This document shows, in pieces, positions 62,281-64,000 of a DNA stretch of 64,000 nucleotides (the stretch's first letter is position 1; each line of letters opens with the position of its first letter). The stretch covers positions 496,001-560,000 of the forward strand of contig RSEE01000034.1 of assembly GCA_003971905.1 (NCBI GenBank), read 5' to 3'. The stretch comes from Moniliella sp. 'wahieum'. Lineage: Eukaryota. Made by a program: the position numbers and the translations under genes. Below the pieces are notes generated by a model that saw nothing but the letters and a program-made list of their open reading frames with translations, searched no databases and was not told the DNA's origin.

Positions 62281-64000
62281 GTCGGGGAGAGGATGAATGG
62301 GAGATGAGAAGGGTTACAGGGGCAGGTCCAGGTGCATAAAACCTAAAAGGGCGCGCGGTCAATCCCAACCATGCAACCTCTCCTCCATGATCACTTGTCA
62401 GGATCCCTGCAGATTCCAGAGCCTTCAGGCAGGCCCCACGCCCGCCTACAGGAGGCCTCAGGCCTCATCGACCTCTCACTCTCAGATCTCATCGAGGATC
62501 CACCACAAAAGCAACACAAACTGTTCCACAGCTGCAATCTCGCCACGTATACACACGTTGGACGAGTTTTAGTAAACACGTTAAGCACGCTTTGGTCACA
62601 ATAATATAGCTAGTACTTATTCGTCGTCACTAACAACCACGTGTCTCCCCGCACGGCCGCACCCTGCCACACCCCTTGCTTGCAACCTCCTGCGGGCCAC
62701 CTGCACGCTCACGCCATCACTAGTCACTCGTTCTAACGTTCCCGGATCGCACCAAGCGCTTACCTATACTCCTAGGCGCACCAAGTAGTGCTCAGTTACC
62801 AGTCACTAATCATTAATCACTAGCGACGAAGTCACGCTAGTACCATACTACCACTGACTCAGTATATAGGCCACACCGGATACGGTCGCCACAAAGCAAA
62901 AGGCCCTGTGGGAGTAATTAGTAACGAGTAAAAATCAATACCGCGGCCCTTCTCCAACAGATCTCACACAGATGGTTTCAGATCCCCGACCAGGTCCCGT
63001 TTTTGGCCCCTCCTCTCCGGTCTCTGTCCCCTTCTTCGCCTCGGTATGCGCGCAATGTGCGTAACGCGTAACGGCACTTGCCGAGTGGGAGCGCACGATA
63101 TAGGAGCGTGGGGAGGTGTACTTTGTTTTAGTCTGTACTAAAATGCGCCGAGTTGGTTACGACGTATATAGTACGTGTGTGGGGGTCCTGCGCCCAGGAC
63201 TCACAGCAGTAGACGTCCAGCAGTCCTTCCAACCGCGCGCGCGTCGCTCAGCCGCTCAGCCGCTAAGAGCGTAATCAATCATCGACGACCACTGTACATG
63301 AGTATTTTAGTGTGGAGAGAGGTCACATCACAACCGCAGTAAATATACAATGCGGGTGCGGGGGTGCCTTCGAGAGATCTTTGCCTTAGGCCGATGTTGT
63401 TGGCCGATCGAGGGGGACAGCCTGCTACAGCAAGCATGGAAAGGCGCATGCAACAGGCTTTTGGGGCCAGTAGTATGGGATCTGAAACTGTCTTCGCTAC
63501 CAGGGTGTGTGTGGGGGGGGGGGTCTAGGACGTCTATAGGTCCATCTTCATATTAGTGCGTGCCAACACACTACGTGTGCACTACGTTTTCACACTTTCC
63601 ACCTCCACGTAATCCAGAGCTCCATTGCAAAACCGGGCGTTTGTGCATCGCGCTCGGACACAGAGAGAGAGGCCATGTGGCTGCATGCACCGCACGAGGC
63701 GGCAGTCAATTTGGTCAAACGCGCCTTTATGTGGAGCATCGGGCCATTGGCCACAACGCGCAATCCAGCGTCTCTCCACGATCTGAGATCTCTCAGAGCT
63801 CGTTTCTCTTTATAATCATCCGATCTCGTCACGGTGCGGCCGGCGAGGCGACTGGATGATCTGGAGAGAGGCGGAATGAGAGAGGCTCCGGCCCTTCAGG
63901 CCTGTGAGGGCCTGAGGGGCCTGCGAGGCTGATGTTTAAACTGCAGTCTCGCGAGGGAAGATCGGGGTGACGCAGTAACTCGTCAGCGTGTCAGCCTAGG

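Overview
GC-rich, intron-poor fungal genomic DNA, most likely a basidiomycete and possibly Ustilaginomycotina (inference from short 50-80 nt GT-AG introns with CTAAC/CTGAC branch sites and from protein similarity). Recognisable housekeeping genes are a Sec7/PH ARF-GEF, SKI2, a PHO13-like HAD phosphatase, a TPT-family transporter, SEC23, a CYSTM protein, a Stealth-family phosphotransferase, a polyol dehydrogenase, BLM10, a Usp-domain protein, RPL12, a kinesin-8 and an EF-hand type II NADH dehydrogenase. Most of them are broken by 1-2 nt frameshifts, even essential ones, which points to indel errors in the assembly rather than pseudogenes, so CDS coordinates are gene spans. The most unusual content is transposon-related. 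(1) A 4.9-kb element (4340-9284) has ~66-bp TIRs starting CTCACTG, phased subterminal repeats, a decayed CACTA/Tnp2 transposase and a 7(-8)-bp target-site duplication, which is atypical for CACTA. It is inserted 9 nt after the ARF-GEF stop codon and contains a Helitron/Helentron-like hairpin module. (2) A second, divergent, apparently full-length Tnp2 transposase (17259-20692) has no detectable TIRs and a host-type promoter palindrome, making it a domestication candidate. Other findings are a small tandem zinc-knuckle ORF, recurrent E-box promoter motifs and 7-bp palindrome-based microrepeats. All family assignments come from motif recognition by eye; no database search was run.
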